A stretch of 64,000 nt of DNA from Octopus sinensis (taxonomy: Eukaryota). The stretch spans positions 122,388,001 to 122,452,000 of the forward strand of contig NC_042998.1 in assembly GCF_006345805.1 (NCBI RefSeq), given 5' to 3'. A model generated the notes under the pieces. The model made no database searches and was not told the origin of the DNA. It was given only the letters and a program-made list of their open reading frames with translations. The position numbers were made by a program, and so were the translations under genes. Positions within the stretch are counted from its first letter, which is position 1. Each line of letters opens with the position of its first letter. Shown here one piece after another: positions 50,500 through 63,700 of this stretch.

Positions 50500-50855
50500 C
50501 TTACATAATGCATGGTAATCATATATCTCCTCTACAGCAAGATGTCTGTTCCTGTCCTTCTGCCATACTTTATCCTCTCAACATCTGCGTAAAGCCACAT
50601 CCTTCTTTACTACACTTTCACTCACTTGAGGGGTCTTGTCTTGTTAGTTAGTTACTTGTTGGCCTCACTCATGCTAGTGTCCCTAAAGGAGCACCCAGTA
50701 CACTCAGTGAAGTGGTTGGCACTAAGAAGCGCATCCAACTGTGGAAACCATTTCAAAATAGACATTGGAGCTTGATACAATTCTCTGGCTTATTGGGTGC
50801 TATCAAACTGTCCAACTCATTACAGCATACAAGATGGATATTAAATTATGATGAT
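50500..50855 (+). mobile_element. Composite repeat: CT-rich segment plus RTE tail
   Basis: Homologous to 33320-33700. Confidence 0.6.
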
Positions 50856-51478
50856 AAGGTATATCATCATTTTTTAATAAGCATGCTATTTTAGCCTTAC
50901 TAAGAAATATAAACTAAGTGGTTATACTGCAGGTATTATTTTTCATGGGAAGAAAAACAAATTATCTTATTAAATTGTCATCAGATAAAGAATATGAAAA
51001 ACTAGAAACTGGTCAGCTTAACCACATTATTTTCTGCTGATATAGAAATAAAGCATGTGGATAAGCATTTTGTTTGCTATTGACAGCAAGGCTAAAATTG
51101 TATATTTATTTAAAGATATATCTCATATTTCAAATTATCAAAAAACCCTGTGTAGTGAACTATGAATGAATTAATTAATCTGTCGTCAGTGCATGCAGTA
51201 TGATGTAAATTAGACAGACTGGAGAAATGATGAATATTCTTTCTCTGGTGAATATCTATGAAGATTAAAAGCAAGTCAGATCTTTTTGAACCTACTTTTT
51301 TACTTTTTGAGGCTAAGTTAAAATTTTATTTATGAAAAAATGCATACTTTATGTTTGAAATTATTTACAGGAAGTGGTAAAAAGTAACATAATGGGATAG
51401 TACTTCCTGTTGCCTGTGAAGAAAATAACTATAAAAAATAAAGCAAAGACAAGGTAATATGACAAATGATGTTAGATA

Positions 51479-52590
51479 CAAGGGACATTCCAGAAATTTT
51501 GAGACTTTAACTGGAGAGACATTTATTAATTTCAAAAACTTGAATCTCCTTCATAGTAGGAACCCCTGACATCAATGCACATGTGGTAGAGCTCCAACCA
51601 TTTCTAGAAGGCCCCCATGGAAGTCCTTCAAAATGACTGCCCCTGAGGTTCTCCTTCAGCTTGGGGAATAACCAAAATTCAGAGAGAGCAAGGTCTGGAC
51701 TGTAAGGAGGGTGAGGGGCAGTTTTGATGCCTAAGTCTCTGTCAAGTATCTAGTTACCAGGATGGAATCATGGACTAGTGCATTGTCCTGGTACTGGTAC
51801 TACTGACCATAGTGGAAAAGCTCTGGCCTTTTATGAAAAAATCTCTTCCTGAACTCCCTCAAAATCTTCACAGAGTACTCTTTATTAATAATCTGGCCAG
51901 AGGGAACCCAATGGATGTAGATGATGCCCTTACTGATGAAAAAGGTGATCATCATGGGCTTCCTTGTGAATTTGTTTTGCCTGACCTTCTTGTGTCTGGG
52001 GTAGCCAGGATGCTTCAATTGGGCAGTCTGTCTTTTAGTCTGGATCATAACACTAAATCCAGCTTTTGTCACAGGTCACCAGAAACTCAAGTATCCTTGG
52101 ACTGGAGATAATGTGCTCAACTATTCCCCTGCTGTCACCAACACGTCTTTCTTTCTGTTCATTACTGAGCACCCTGGGAATAAAACTTTACTCAAATTTC
52201 ACAAGTGTAGAGCTTCACAAATAATTCTGTGTGCAGTTGCCACACTAATTCCAAACTCTATATTTACTGTCTTTATAGACACACGATGGTCTTCATCTAG
52301 AAAATTGTGAATTTTCTCAACCAGTTCTGATGTTCTGACGTCCCTCTCCCTCCCACACCTCATCATCTCTCACCTCTTCTTTACAGATCTTGAATGTCTT
52401 GTGCCAATGAAAAACAGATGTTCAGCTCATACAAGTTAAATCCATAAGCAGTCTGAAGCATTTCTTAAGTTTCTGTAGCGTTTGTGCCAAGTTTAACACA
52501 AAACTTTATTGAATAGTGAGCTTCCAAATAGCCTTCATGTCCCAACTGCATTCTGCAAACTAGTCAGTTGTAACACGCAGTGTTTAGTAG
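51479..52590 (-). mobile_element. Decayed mariner; 3' TIR present, 5' TIR not found
   Basis: IKFCVKLGTNATET*EMLQTAYG; KRQTAQLKHPGYPRHKKVRQ..KPMMITFF..GII..HWVPSGQ; CIDVRGSYYEGD; TA-CAAGGGACATTCCAGAAATTTTGAGACT terminus. Confidence 0.9.
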
Positions 52591-52789
52591 GGGTCTGTTC
52601 AAAGTACCATTGTAGCTGTCTCCTTCAATCAAAAAGTTACCAAGTCAGCTTATTAGATGCCTAGCAATGATATGCTAAAATTATAATAATCTAGGGCAGT
52701 TACAACAGCCTCTCCAGTTATAGGACAATGAAAGGTGTGTTTAAAGTGCTCATTGGTCTAGGTGAATCACTACTTCTTGAAAGTTGTGG

Positions 52790-52985
52790 TTTTTAATATA
52801 GGAACAAGGCCAGTACTTCTGAGATGGTCATTATTACTTGACTAATACTTTATTTTATTGACCCTGGAAGAATGACAGGCAAAGTTGACCTTACTGGGAT
52901 TTGAACCCAGAATGTAAGAACTGGAGGAAATGCCATGAAGCATTTTGTCAGATGCTCTATCAATTCTGCCAGTCCACCACATCTA
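52790..52985 (-). mobile_element. SINE family B
   Basis: ttttattgaccctggaagaatgacaggcaaagttgacc..gaacccagaatgtaag..aattctgccag. Confidence 0.7.
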
Positions 52986-53399
52986 ATTTTCTATAATGAG
53001 CTATTAGTTTGATAAGGTAGCCATCTCTTGTTCCTTCTGGCATCAATGTCTCTCAAGCTTTTACTCTTGAAGATGAAAATAGAGCAGAAAGTATCTGCTC
53101 ATTTGAAGTATAAGATATTATCTTTATTCACAAAACACATATCTGCAGAGCAAATAAGAGAACCCATATATGGTTTATCACCCTGCTAGAAATAGAAGCA
53201 AAACTTTGCTGAAATCATAGTCTACTGTCGTATAAGTGTACTTATAGATACACAATGTCTCAAAAAAAAAAATGAAATAAATAAAATGCAACAAGACTAT
53301 ATCTCACTTTAAACATCTCAAAAATAAAGCTATTTGTATATACCAGTCTAGAACTGTTGAAGGTGAACAAAATGATGATCGGAGAAAATAATGTTTTGA

Positions 53400-53520
53400 A
53401 GTAGCAGAATCATTAGAGTGTCAGGTAAAGCACTTTATGATATCTGTTGTGACTCTCTGAGTTCAAATACAAGTCAGTTGACTTTTACTTTTATCCCTCC
53501 CAAGATAAATAAATTTCCCT
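53400..53520 (+). mobile_element. SINE family B, 5' part, diverged
   Basis: gcagaatcattagagtgtcagg..ctctgagttcaaatac..gttgacttttacttttatccc. Confidence 0.55.
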
Positions 53521-54374
53521 CGGATTACTTCCTACTCTCTTTAGAAAGGAAGAATAGATTAGATAATACAATTTTAGATGAATCAAGTTGGAATAAAAGC
53601 TTGCGTGGGTCATGTTGACTGGAACATCTTTCATTATACATCTCTGGAGCAAGAATGACTTCAGGTTAAAAAGCAATAACTGATAATTAATTTATCAATC
53701 TCAAGATAATTATACTCAATATTGACCTCATTGATATTTGAGTTTAAAATTAAATAGTCTGAGGTGTTTAATTTCTTTCCTGAATACAAAATCAATCCTT
53801 TAAGGCCTGTTAAGAATATTTACACAGTCATTTACACCTATTTTAAAAACACTTGACATTTACATTTTCCACCGATCTCCTATGCTCTTCATGGAGTCGA
53901 AGAAATAATTTGCTTTGCCATGAAACATTTTCCTTTTTTCAAAAAAATTTTATAACATAACATTATAAGTTTAGTTTATTGTGGACCTTGAAGTAAAACC
54001 TTTCCAAGTTTTACAAGATTTTAACTGAAAAGTCAACTTCCGTATAGTAGGTTTATAACATATTTAAAAAAAAAATTATATTAAAGATACATTGCATTTT
54101 AGAAAGTTAATTCAAGGTTGAAAATATTCCTGTTTGTCTGATAAATTTCATCTTGCTGATGCTATTAATATCATAACCTTTGTCTTCTTATATTTAGCAG
54201 CAGCACTGATACAGTAGAGAAATAATCAAAAATAAATAATATAAAAAAATGAGAAAACAGTATGACAAGTTGCTTGCATTGGTTGCTGTAAGTAGTAAAT
54301 TATTATGTTGAGAATACAAAACTTAAACAAAATCAGACACGACTACAAGCTGATAAAAACGGTATCTTATTCAA

Positions 54375-54377
54375 ATA

Positions 54378-54409
<32 letters not shown>

Positions 54410-54720
54410 CAATGAATGTATGTATGTGTACGTATGCACGTATGTGCATATGTATGTAAGTACGTATGTATGTATGTATGCATGCATGTATGTATATGTG
54501 TATGTGTGTGTGTATTTTTAAGCATATATATCTATATTTATATGTGTATATGTGTGTATATATATATGTATGTGTGTATATATGTATATATTTGTATATA
54601 TATATATATATGTATGTATATATGTGTGTATATATATATATGTATGTGTGTATGTATGTATGTATATATATATATATATATGTATGTGTGTATGTATGTA
54701 TGTATATATATATATATATG

Positions 54721-54762
<42 letters not shown>

Positions 54763-55217
54763 TATATACATATATATATATACATATATATGTATGTATA
54801 TGTGTATGAATGTGTGTATGTATATATGACATATATACATATCTATATATACATATGCGTGCCTGCACACATACACACATACATACATATGTATGCATAT
54901 ATATATAGGTGAGCATACACGGATGTATATGGTGTTACTTTTGCTTATGCTTTTAAATAAATTGAAGTGATGAATCTTGCTTCAAAGTGTAGGAACAGAA
55001 AAATACATTAACTTTTAATCTTGCATAACGAAAGAACAAATGAAAAGCTCAAGTTAGAAAGAAAAGTGATAAAGAAAATCCAAAAGAAATCTTAAAGGTA
55101 AAAACCATAATAAAACAAAACACATAATGATGTACAAAAAAGATAAAATGAATGATATGGAATTTTTCATGAAGTTTCAATATAAAGTACATGTGTGAAT
55201 CTTTTAACAGAAAGCAA

Positions 55218-55250
<33 letters not shown>

Positions 55251-55600
55251 TGTATGTATGTATGTGTATGTGTGTGTGTTGTGTGTGTGTGTATGTATGT
55301 ATGTATGTATGTATGTATGAATCTATGTATGTATGTGTATGTTTGTGTGTGCGCATTCATGTATTTATATGCGTATATGTTTTCGTGTGTGTTTGTATGA
55401 GAAAAATTATACTTCATATGTACATGTGTATGCATTATCATGTATATATTAATACAATATTCTACACACATATACACATACATACACACACACATATTAA
55501 ACATATATACATATGTATGTGTATGCATGCATATACATACATACATACATACATACATACATACATACATACATAATATTTATATTTACATACATATATA
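54375..55600. repeat. Long TA/TG/TATG microsatellite mosaics (54375-54910 and 55220-55600)
   Basis: Direct inspection; source of many Tyr/Ile/His/Cys ORFs. Confidence 0.95.
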
Positions 55601-56877
55601 TCAACATGAAGGAAAAACTGAAATATACTGAGAAGCACCTGGCATTAAAGAAAAGAAAATACCGGTTTGTTAATGAAAGTCAGGTATTATTATGTTAAAG
55701 TAACATTAGACTTTGTATGTTTGAGTTTGCAAGATTACAAAGGATGAAGAAAGTGAAAGTTTTGGGAAAATTTCTAACATGTTACTTAGAATTTTGTGGC
55801 TGGTAGATATGATTTTAAGAGATTAGAAACTTAGTTTGACATAAGTCTGTCTGTTCAATATAAAACTAAGAACACAACTGCAAGGACATATTCTTTGAGC
55901 GTGTAAGTACCGTAAAGTAGTTGTATCTTGGGTCAGCAACACATATTTGATTTTCCATTGTTGGGTTATTTTCTTTTGCTTACTTCATGTAACTGTATCA
56001 GGCTGACTGGGAGTGAATGTTTGTGGGTGTGATGAGATAATAGGGATGCCTTTAGATGGTTGTTTGGTCTTTCAGAAATAGCAGTCAGGTTTATTTCAAA
56101 CCATTCCCTGTACTTATTAGAAGAGAATAACATATATGATAATATATTGGGTGGAGGTCATACTGCCAGAGAAAACATGCTGGCTATGTTTCCCTTCAAT
56201 TTTACTAACAATGATTTAGATAATTAATCATTAAACAATAGCAATAAATTATCTTATTGGTAATAAAACCGAAGTGAAACATAACCAGTATATGTGTTTT
56301 TAATGACAGTATGGCCCTCTCAAAATACAACAATATCAGTTTCAACACACATTTCCACATCAAGAATCTTGCAAATCAAATACAAAAATGTAACATTAGA
56401 TAATGTATTCCCAGACACATTATGACTGAAAAAAGAAAATGATATAGCAATGGCTAGAATACTTTTAGCCACCAGTATGTTCAATCAAGGTCTGGTAGCA
56501 ATAACAATGAATCCTTGCTGCTGATCCAATGAACCATTACAAAAGATAGATATAGAAGTACAGCTGGTTGTTGTTGAGAGCTGATGGTCAGTAACATATT
56601 TACAAGAGTCTCTGTGGTGTGCAGTCTGAAAATATCTTATTGTTGAATGGTTCACCAAGTACTGGTTAACAAACTGATATTTCATACCTTCTCATTGATG
56701 CTGACCTGTATCCATGCACAGTGACATATTAACTGTTCAACCCAAGTTAAAGTACTTTGTGGAGCTACTTACTATCGTTGGACGTAAAGGTGGCAGTGAT
56801 GTGTTTTTGTGTTTCATTTGTGAGCACCAAAGCTAAGTGTCCTTTCATGATTTAAGCACACACAAATATATATATAT

Positions 56878-57125
56878 ATCATCATCATCATTGTTTAACG
56901 TCTGTTTTCTGTGCTAGCATGGTTTGGACAGTTTGACCGGGGTCTGGGAAGCCAGGAGGCTGCACCAGTCTCCAGTTTGATCTGGCAGTGTTTCTACAGC
57001 TGGATGCCCTTCTTAATGCCAACCACTCCATGACTGTAGTGGGTGCTTTTTACGTGCCATTGGCACAGGTGCCAGGGGAGGCTGGCAGCGGCCATGATCG
57101 GTTGGTGCTTTTTACGTGCCACCGA
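56878..57125 (-). mobile_element. RTE LINE 3' tail with two UTR repeat units
   Basis: Homologous to 46968-47200 and 63115-63430. Confidence 0.85.
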
Positions 57126-57149
57126 TATATATATGTTTATATATATATG

Positions 57150-57193
<44 letters not shown>

Positions 57194-58595
57194 GGGAGAG
57201 AGGGAGAAAGAGAAAGAGTGAGAAATGAGGTTTACTTGATTGATTCTCACATCACGAGGACAAAGATGTTTAACTGTGTCCTTGTGACCCAATAGCTTAT
57301 ATCATTGACATTGCTACCAAAATGTTTGAATAACTTATTTATTGACCAGTGTTTGAATATTCATTGAAGCAAGTATAAACTATGGGATTTCATGATTGTG
57401 ATCAATCATAGTTCCATCTTGTGTAATGGATTGTATGAATAACACTGTAGTGTTTAGGATGTCAACAGCTGCAACAACAGCAGCAACAACAACAACAACA
57501 ACATATGCAGCAACAATTGCAGTACAGTAACAACAATAGTACAATAAAAAAAAAAAAAAAATTATGTTATTGCTCAAAAATACTTGATGTGTTTTATTTC
57601 ATAGAATTATATTGACTCTAAGAATAACGGTGACTTCATTTGATTCCTACTGAACAGAATTGAATTATTTGAGATCTGTCATTGATAGCAAACTACACGA
57701 GATCAGATCAATATATTTGAACAATGTTACAGCTTTGAGCCAGCTTCTTTATATAAACAACATTTCTGAACAATGAAATATGTTTGGACAGATGTGAAAA
57801 AGAGAAAGAAAAAAAATGAAGTCTATATTTCTTGCTGTTGAATATGTATAAGTCTGAGGGTTTCTTTGTAGTCACTTGACCTCTCAGTGTAGCAGTTAGG
57901 TCTTCTTTTCTTTGCATCTTTAAAATTGTAGACTTGTATTTAAGGCAGAGGACATTATGCTCATAATATTGTATATCACCATAAAACCAGGCTGCCCAAA
58001 GAACTTGAACCAGTAAGAAAGGTTATGATTAGTTGGAATTATAAACTGAATGGCAGAGATTGTTGTTATTGCTGTTCTTGTTTAATTCTAAGTCAACCAT
58101 GGTTTAGCAAATCTATAAAGACATACATCTGAGTTGTGACCACCTTGTCTTCTTAGAGGTATTTTGGGTAGTATTGTCCAATATGGAGTTTGTTTGAAAG
58201 AAATTTACTTGCGAATAGGACCAGATTGTGTAGTCATGTAAAAGCTCTCTTGGCTTGTGCATACGTCTGTGCTGTGAGATGTTATAGTTTCAGGCTATAT
58301 TTTTAGTCAGAGAAGAAACGAAGATATTTAACCTGGCAGCTAACAATCAACAAATTCAGCAATTTTCTCCTCACACTATATATTTTATTTTAAATATGCC
58401 TTCAATAAAAGTAAGAATGTGACAATAAAACTGATCTGGTCATAGATAAAAGGGCTGATTAGCTAAAAGCAGTTCTGTTCCCATAGATTTTGTTACTGCA
58501 TTGCAGACAATCAGAAGTACTTTATTAAGCTATGTTAAACTGTCAGTACTGTGAGTAAGATGTGCCAAGATTTAAAAGTGAGAATGATTTAAGGT

Positions 58596-58811
58596 TTGAC
58601 CTTTTAGCTTTTAAACTGACCATATCTGGCCCAAATTTGCTACCAGTTTTATGTTCTAACCAGCCAGATCCAGCCTACCAATGCCATTTTAAAATATATA
58701 TACTCGCATCATCAGAATTTTGAAGCTACAAAATAATGCATGATTAATTAAAGACAGTGTGAATGGAAGAGCATTACATTTGACAGAATAAGCTGAATGC
58801 TAAAGGGTTAA
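58596..58811. mobile_element. piggyBac-type MITE (TTAA-flanked, CCCTTT-like termini)
   Basis: Right end aatgctaaaggg-ttaa; degenerate left end ttga-ccttttagcttt. Confidence 0.5.
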
Positions 58812-59034
58812 GACTTAAAGAGGTGATAATCATTTTAACATTGGTAGAGTGTTTGAGGAGAGAATATTTGTTTCTACACTAAATTAGCTGAGCACACTAA
58901 ATAAGCATTCCTTTACTAGCTGTTGTCATTTAAATTCAGGTCAGTCCTCAACAAGTAGACATATTAACAAATGTGTTTTGGTCATGAGTATTCCATCCAT
59001 TTTATATATTACTTGACAGTTTCTGGTCACATAT

Positions 59035-59152
59035 ATTCTTTTACTTGTACTTATTCTATCAGTCTCTTTTGTTGAACTGCTAAGTTATGGGGACATAAAC
59101 ACACTAGCATCGGTTGTCAAGCAATGTTGGGTGGGGGGCAAACACACATATG

Positions 59153-59185
<33 letters not shown>

Positions 59186-59325
59186 GACAGGCTTCTTTCA
59201 GTTTTTGTCTACCAAATCCACTCAGAAGGCTTTGGTTGGCCCGAGGCTATAGTAGAAGACACTTGCCCATGGTGCCATGCAGTGGGACTGAACCTAGAAC
59301 CACATGGTTGGTAAGCAAGCTACTT
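59035..59325 (-). mobile_element. SINE family A, body and 3' part; head displaced to 60780-60837 by an insertion
   Basis: SINE sequence stops at ggtaagcaagctactt and resumes at agcaagctacttaccacacagcc. Confidence 0.88.
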
Positions 59326-60779
59326 TATTTTATCAAATTTGCCATAAAGGCAGTACACAGATGGGACACTACAACACATGTGGGGACATATAACAATTAA
59401 AAAATAAAATATGATATAATGAATGAACATGAAAATGCACATGAAGAACAAATTAAAATATGATAATATGAATGATATCTGAAAATGATATTATGAAGAG
59501 TGTGCTACTCACCCCACACTGAGTAACACAACTCGCTGTCTCTGGGACCCGAGTCCTTTTTCTCTTTTCATTCAGTCCTGTCACTTGATGGTAACCTTCT
59601 CTCCATCATGCATTCATAACCTTTTTTGTCGGGAGGGGGGTCTTCTAAATTTTGTGGTGTCTGTTCTTTTTTTTCTTTTTTTCTTGAGGGGAAATGGGGT
59701 GGGTGGGTTTGGTGTCTGTGTGGGGAGGGTGGGTCTGAGTGGTTTTGGGTAGGATGGGGTTGGACTGGGGTGCCACATCATACTCAGTGTCTTTTCTTTT
59801 TTTTCTCTTTCTTCTTGTGCGCTCTGCAACTTTCCATTCCTCCTTTTCATCGCTTCCTTCATCTATTTTTTCTTCTTCCTCTCTTTTCTCTTCTGTCTCT
59901 GCAACCACACCCTCGACCGTAGTCTTTTGTAGAGGGCAGTATGCTCTAATGTGGCCCTTTTGGCCACATTTAAAACAACGAGGTACTCTGCCCTCTACCC
60001 ACACCCTCAGCACGATTTTCCCCAGTGTCACAGTCTCTGCCAAGTTCTCAAGTTGTTCCTCCTCTGTCTAAATGATTAATTCGAGCGTCCTTCCTTTGCA
60101 CCCTTCTTCTTCTGTTTCTGTGGCTTGGAGGACAGCCACCTTCTCCTCGCTTTCAACAAGGACAGCTGCCGCTACCCAAGCCCCTTCTATATCCGGCGGA
60201 ATTGCTTCTACCCTCACTTTAGAAGTTTTTCTTCCCAGGTATTTGGGCAGGAGCACTACCTCCTCCGTTTTCACCACCACACTTGCCAGCCTCATTGCCT
60301 CTTCAGCTGTCCTAAATTGGACGACCATTGTTCCGTATCTTTTTCCTTTCGTGATGTATGTGATTTCTTTTGACCTCTTACTTAGCGCTCTTTCTGTATC
60401 CGCTTCCACCTGTTCAGCCCTTCTTCCTTTTAAAGAGAACACCTTATAGGTGATAGTCTTCCTTTCCATCTTCTCCATAATTCCTTTGGAGGGGCGACAG
60501 TCTTACGTCCCCTCCCACCTTCTGTAGCATCTTGCCATGGTTTTTCAGACCAGCCAAGTCCAGCTCCTTTCGTCTCTTCCCCATGACCTCTGCAAAACTC
60601 CTGGTCTTTTTCAGTACACTGTCCATTGCTATGACCGCCCTCATGAGCTCCTCCTCTGAAAACAACTCAGACCCGGTAAGGTCCGAGTACATTGTCTCAC
60701 CGCAGCAACAAAACCGACCTCCGACTCGCACACAATCGACAAACCAAATGCAGTATGGGTAACCGGAAGCAAGCTGGTT
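59326..60779 (-). mobile_element. ORF1-only non-LTR retroelement (HAL1-like or Tx1/L1-derived)
   Basis: 12-bp TSD agcaagctactt (59314-59325 and 60780-60791); A-rich 3' end; one gag-like ORF; no EN or RT motifs seen. Confidence 0.75.
59645..60731 (-). pseudogene. L1/Tx1-type ORF1 (RRM-like region plus CCHC zinc knuckle), ~360 aa, with one frameshift and one in-frame stop
   Basis: VWVEGRVPRCFKCGQKGHIRAYCP (CX2CX4HX4C); GTMVVQFRTAEEA and VRVEAIPPDI RRM-like motifs; TAG at 60070-60068 is in frame with the downstream ORF; frameshift near 60480. Confidence 0.8.
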
Positions 60780-60837
60780 AGCAAGCTACTTACCACACAG
60801 CCACTCCTGTGCCTATCACAGCCACCCCTGTGCCTAT
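60780..60837 (-). mobile_element. SINE A head with a 21-bp tandem duplication
   Basis: cacagccactcctgtgcctat followed by cacagccacccctgtgcctat (60796-60837). Confidence 0.8.
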
Positions 60838-61349
60838 ATATATATCATCAACACATGATATCAACCAATGCTTTATACTGAATGCCTAAATGAGTAACTG
60901 ACTTTAGTTTGAAAGTGAGTGAGTAAGCAGAATATCTAGATTTGACATGAGGTAATTTGTGATGAATATTTGATATTTTCCTGTATGTGGTGGTTTTAAA
61001 ATCCATTCTGTTAACCTTTTTCTGGTAAGTACTTGTCAGAGCTTAGTCTTTGTAAACACCAATGTATTTTGAACAGTCATTTTTAACTGCTCCTATGTAT
61101 AAACAAAGGAAATAAATTACACATCAACAACTTAGATGTTCCCTTTGGAGGTTCTCAGTTCTAACTACTGATTTCAGCAATGTATCATGTAATAGTTTAA
61201 ATAAAGCATACAGCTGGCTACATTTACAAATCCTGATGAAGCTTTTATTACAGTGAGCTTGACAGAATGCATTTTGTTTCATACAAAAGCACACCAGAAG
61301 CTAAATTATCTAGGATAATTAGTACACCTTCTATACAAAATCTATGTTG

Positions 61350-61952
61350 AAGTCAAAATGACAGAAGATAGCCATAACGGTAGATGCAATGCAAAGTGGT
61401 GGGTAGGGGTGGAGAGTTTATACGGTAGTAAGGGTTGGGGGCCAAGGTCAATGTTGGTAATGGGGTTAAATTAATGCCAGATATGTTTGTAGTGGTGCAC
61501 CCAAAAGAATTAATGAAGGTGATGATGATGGCATAAATGATGTTGAAGATAATAATGGTGGTGGTGTTGATGATTAGATGATTAGATGGTGATGATGATG
61601 TTGGTGGTGGTTGTGGTAATGGAGATAGTAACTGTGACAAGGGTGAAATTAGATGTGAGAGTGCTGGTATTAGTTTTGGTGATAGGGGTGGGTGGTGGTG
61701 GTGGTAGACAATGGTGATATATATGATGATGGTGATAGAACCATTGGAGATGGTATGGCAGGGGAGGAAGAAATGGTGGAAAAATGATTGTGACAGTTTG
61801 GTAGTGTTGGTGCTGTATGGTTGAAGTGTGTGGTGGTAATGTTGTTTTAAGATGAAGTTGTGGTGATGATGGAGGTAGCAGTGGCTGAATGATGAAGATG
61901 ATAATGATGATGATGATGACGATGATAACAACGATGATGATAATGATAACGG

Positions 61953-61983
<31 letters not shown>

Positions 61984-62200
61984 GTAGATGGTGGTGGTTG
62001 TGGTAATGATGGTAATGTAGTTAGCAGGGGGTGAGGATGGACTAATGAAAGAAAAGATCAGCATGTAGAGATGTTGATATTGGTGATGTTGATAGTAATC
62101 ATGATGAAGAAAATGGCTATGGAACTGATGATGGTATTAGCTGACAGAGGAGAAATTGAAGAAGGGTTGAATTGGTAGATGTTGGTGATGCTGGTGTTTG
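61350..62200. repeat. Degenerate (GAT/GGT)n low-complexity block
   Basis: Direct inspection; gives poly-Ile/His/Ser ORFs on the - strand. Confidence 0.9.
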
Positions 62201-62558
62201 TACCAAAGACCAAGCAATAAAATACACACATAAAAATCTCAACAATTGAGTTGGTGCTGGATACGTTGATGATGGCACAATTACCTGTCTTCTTGTTTGT
62301 TAAAGCTCACTGACGAAGCAAGTCATGAATTTGCTTAACAAAGACAGGACCTCTCCCGGCACTAAATTGGTATTTTCACATGTGTATTTTTATGTGATTA
62401 TTCTGAGTTGCCTGATTTTCTGCTTCATATTTATCATGCAGATTAAATATTTTAATTTATTGTGGTTTAATATTTAAATACATAATAGTATTATGATATG
62501 TGTGTGTGTGTGCGTGCATGCACACGTGTATACATATGTATGTATTCTTGTGTGTATG

Positions 62559-62590
<32 letters not shown>

Positions 62591-63118
62591 GTTAATCCAA
62601 ACATGAAAGCACAAAGAGAAAACACAACAACGCGGGGATGTGGAACAAGTATAGTGCTATTGGACGCTCAGGAAAGGAAAGAAAGAAGAAGGATTTAACG
62701 TTTCGAGTGGAGCTCTTCGTCAAAGACATAGGAAAAGGAAAGATCCAAGGAAAGGAAGACGGAAGAAAAAAAAATCGCCAACGGTACACACGCGGTCACA
62801 TTTTGAATATATTATATGTATATATACACACACACATATATATATATATATATAGTTAATCCAAACATGAAAGCACAAAGAGAAAACACAACAACGCGGG
62901 GATGTGGAACAAGTATAGTGCTATTGGACGCTCAGGAAAGGAAAGAAAGAAGAAGGATTTAACGTTTCGAGTGGAGCTCTTCGTCAAAGACATAGGAAAA
63001 GGAAAGATCCAAGGAAAGGAAGACGGAAGAAAAAAAAATCGCCAACGGTACACACGCGGTCACATTTTGAATATATTATATGTATATATACACACACACA
63101 TATATATATATATATCAT
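62591..63118 (-). repeat. 264-bp tandem duplication, each unit carrying a minimal hammerhead-like motif (Penelope pLTR-like)
   Basis: Units start at 62591 and 62855 and look identical; - strand reads uUGACGA-A-GAG-CUCCA-CUC-GAAAC-GUU at 62692-62729 and 62956-62993. Confidence 0.7.
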
Positions 63119-63430
63119 CATCATTGTTTAATGTCCATTTTCTGTGCTAGCACGGGTTTGATGCTTCAACCAGGGTCTGGGAAGCCAGGAGGCTGCTCCA
63201 GGCTCCAGTCTGATCTGGCAGTGTTTCTACAGCTGGATGCCCTTCCTAACGCCAACCACTCCGTGAGTGTAGTGGGTGCTTTTTACATGCCACCAGCACT
63301 GGTGCCAGGGGAGGCTGGAAGCAGCCATGATCGGTTTGTGCTTTTTATGTGCCACCAGCACAGAAGCCAGTCAAGGCAGCGCTGGCATCAGCCACGTTCA
63401 GATGGTGCTTTTTATGTGCCACTGGCATAG
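63115..63430 (-). mobile_element. RTE LINE 3' tail with three UTR repeat units
   Basis: Homologous to 56878-57125. Confidence 0.85.
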
Positions 63431-63599
63431 GTATCACAGCCACTATTTCTATTTGCCATTTATTAATGCATGTGTGTCCCTCTGTGTATGTATATGTGTG
63501 TGCATGCGCATGTGCTGGCATGTCTGTACAGATATATCTTTGTTGTTGTTTCAAGTTGTTTACTGAAAATATTTTTCCCGCAAAATAATGAAAAACAGA

Positions 63600-63700
63600 C
63601 TCAGAAGTCTTGTGCAGGCTCCTACCTGGCCAGCTTCTGTCAAACTGTGCAACCTATGCCAGCATGGAAGGCAGACATTAAATGATGATGATGATTGTAG
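63600..63700 (+). mobile_element. RTE-type 3' tail
   Basis: ctgtcaaactgtgcaacctatgccagcatggaaggcagacattaaatgatgatg. Confidence 0.75.

Noticed and set aside
61220-61270. CUGAUGA-AGCU..AGCU stem
   Set aside because: No GAAA after the stem
61353-62064. 192-aa and 160-aa - strand ORFs, and the similar ORF at 3728-4132
   Set aside because: Read-through of CAT/CAC/CCT trinucleotide tracts; no start context or domain
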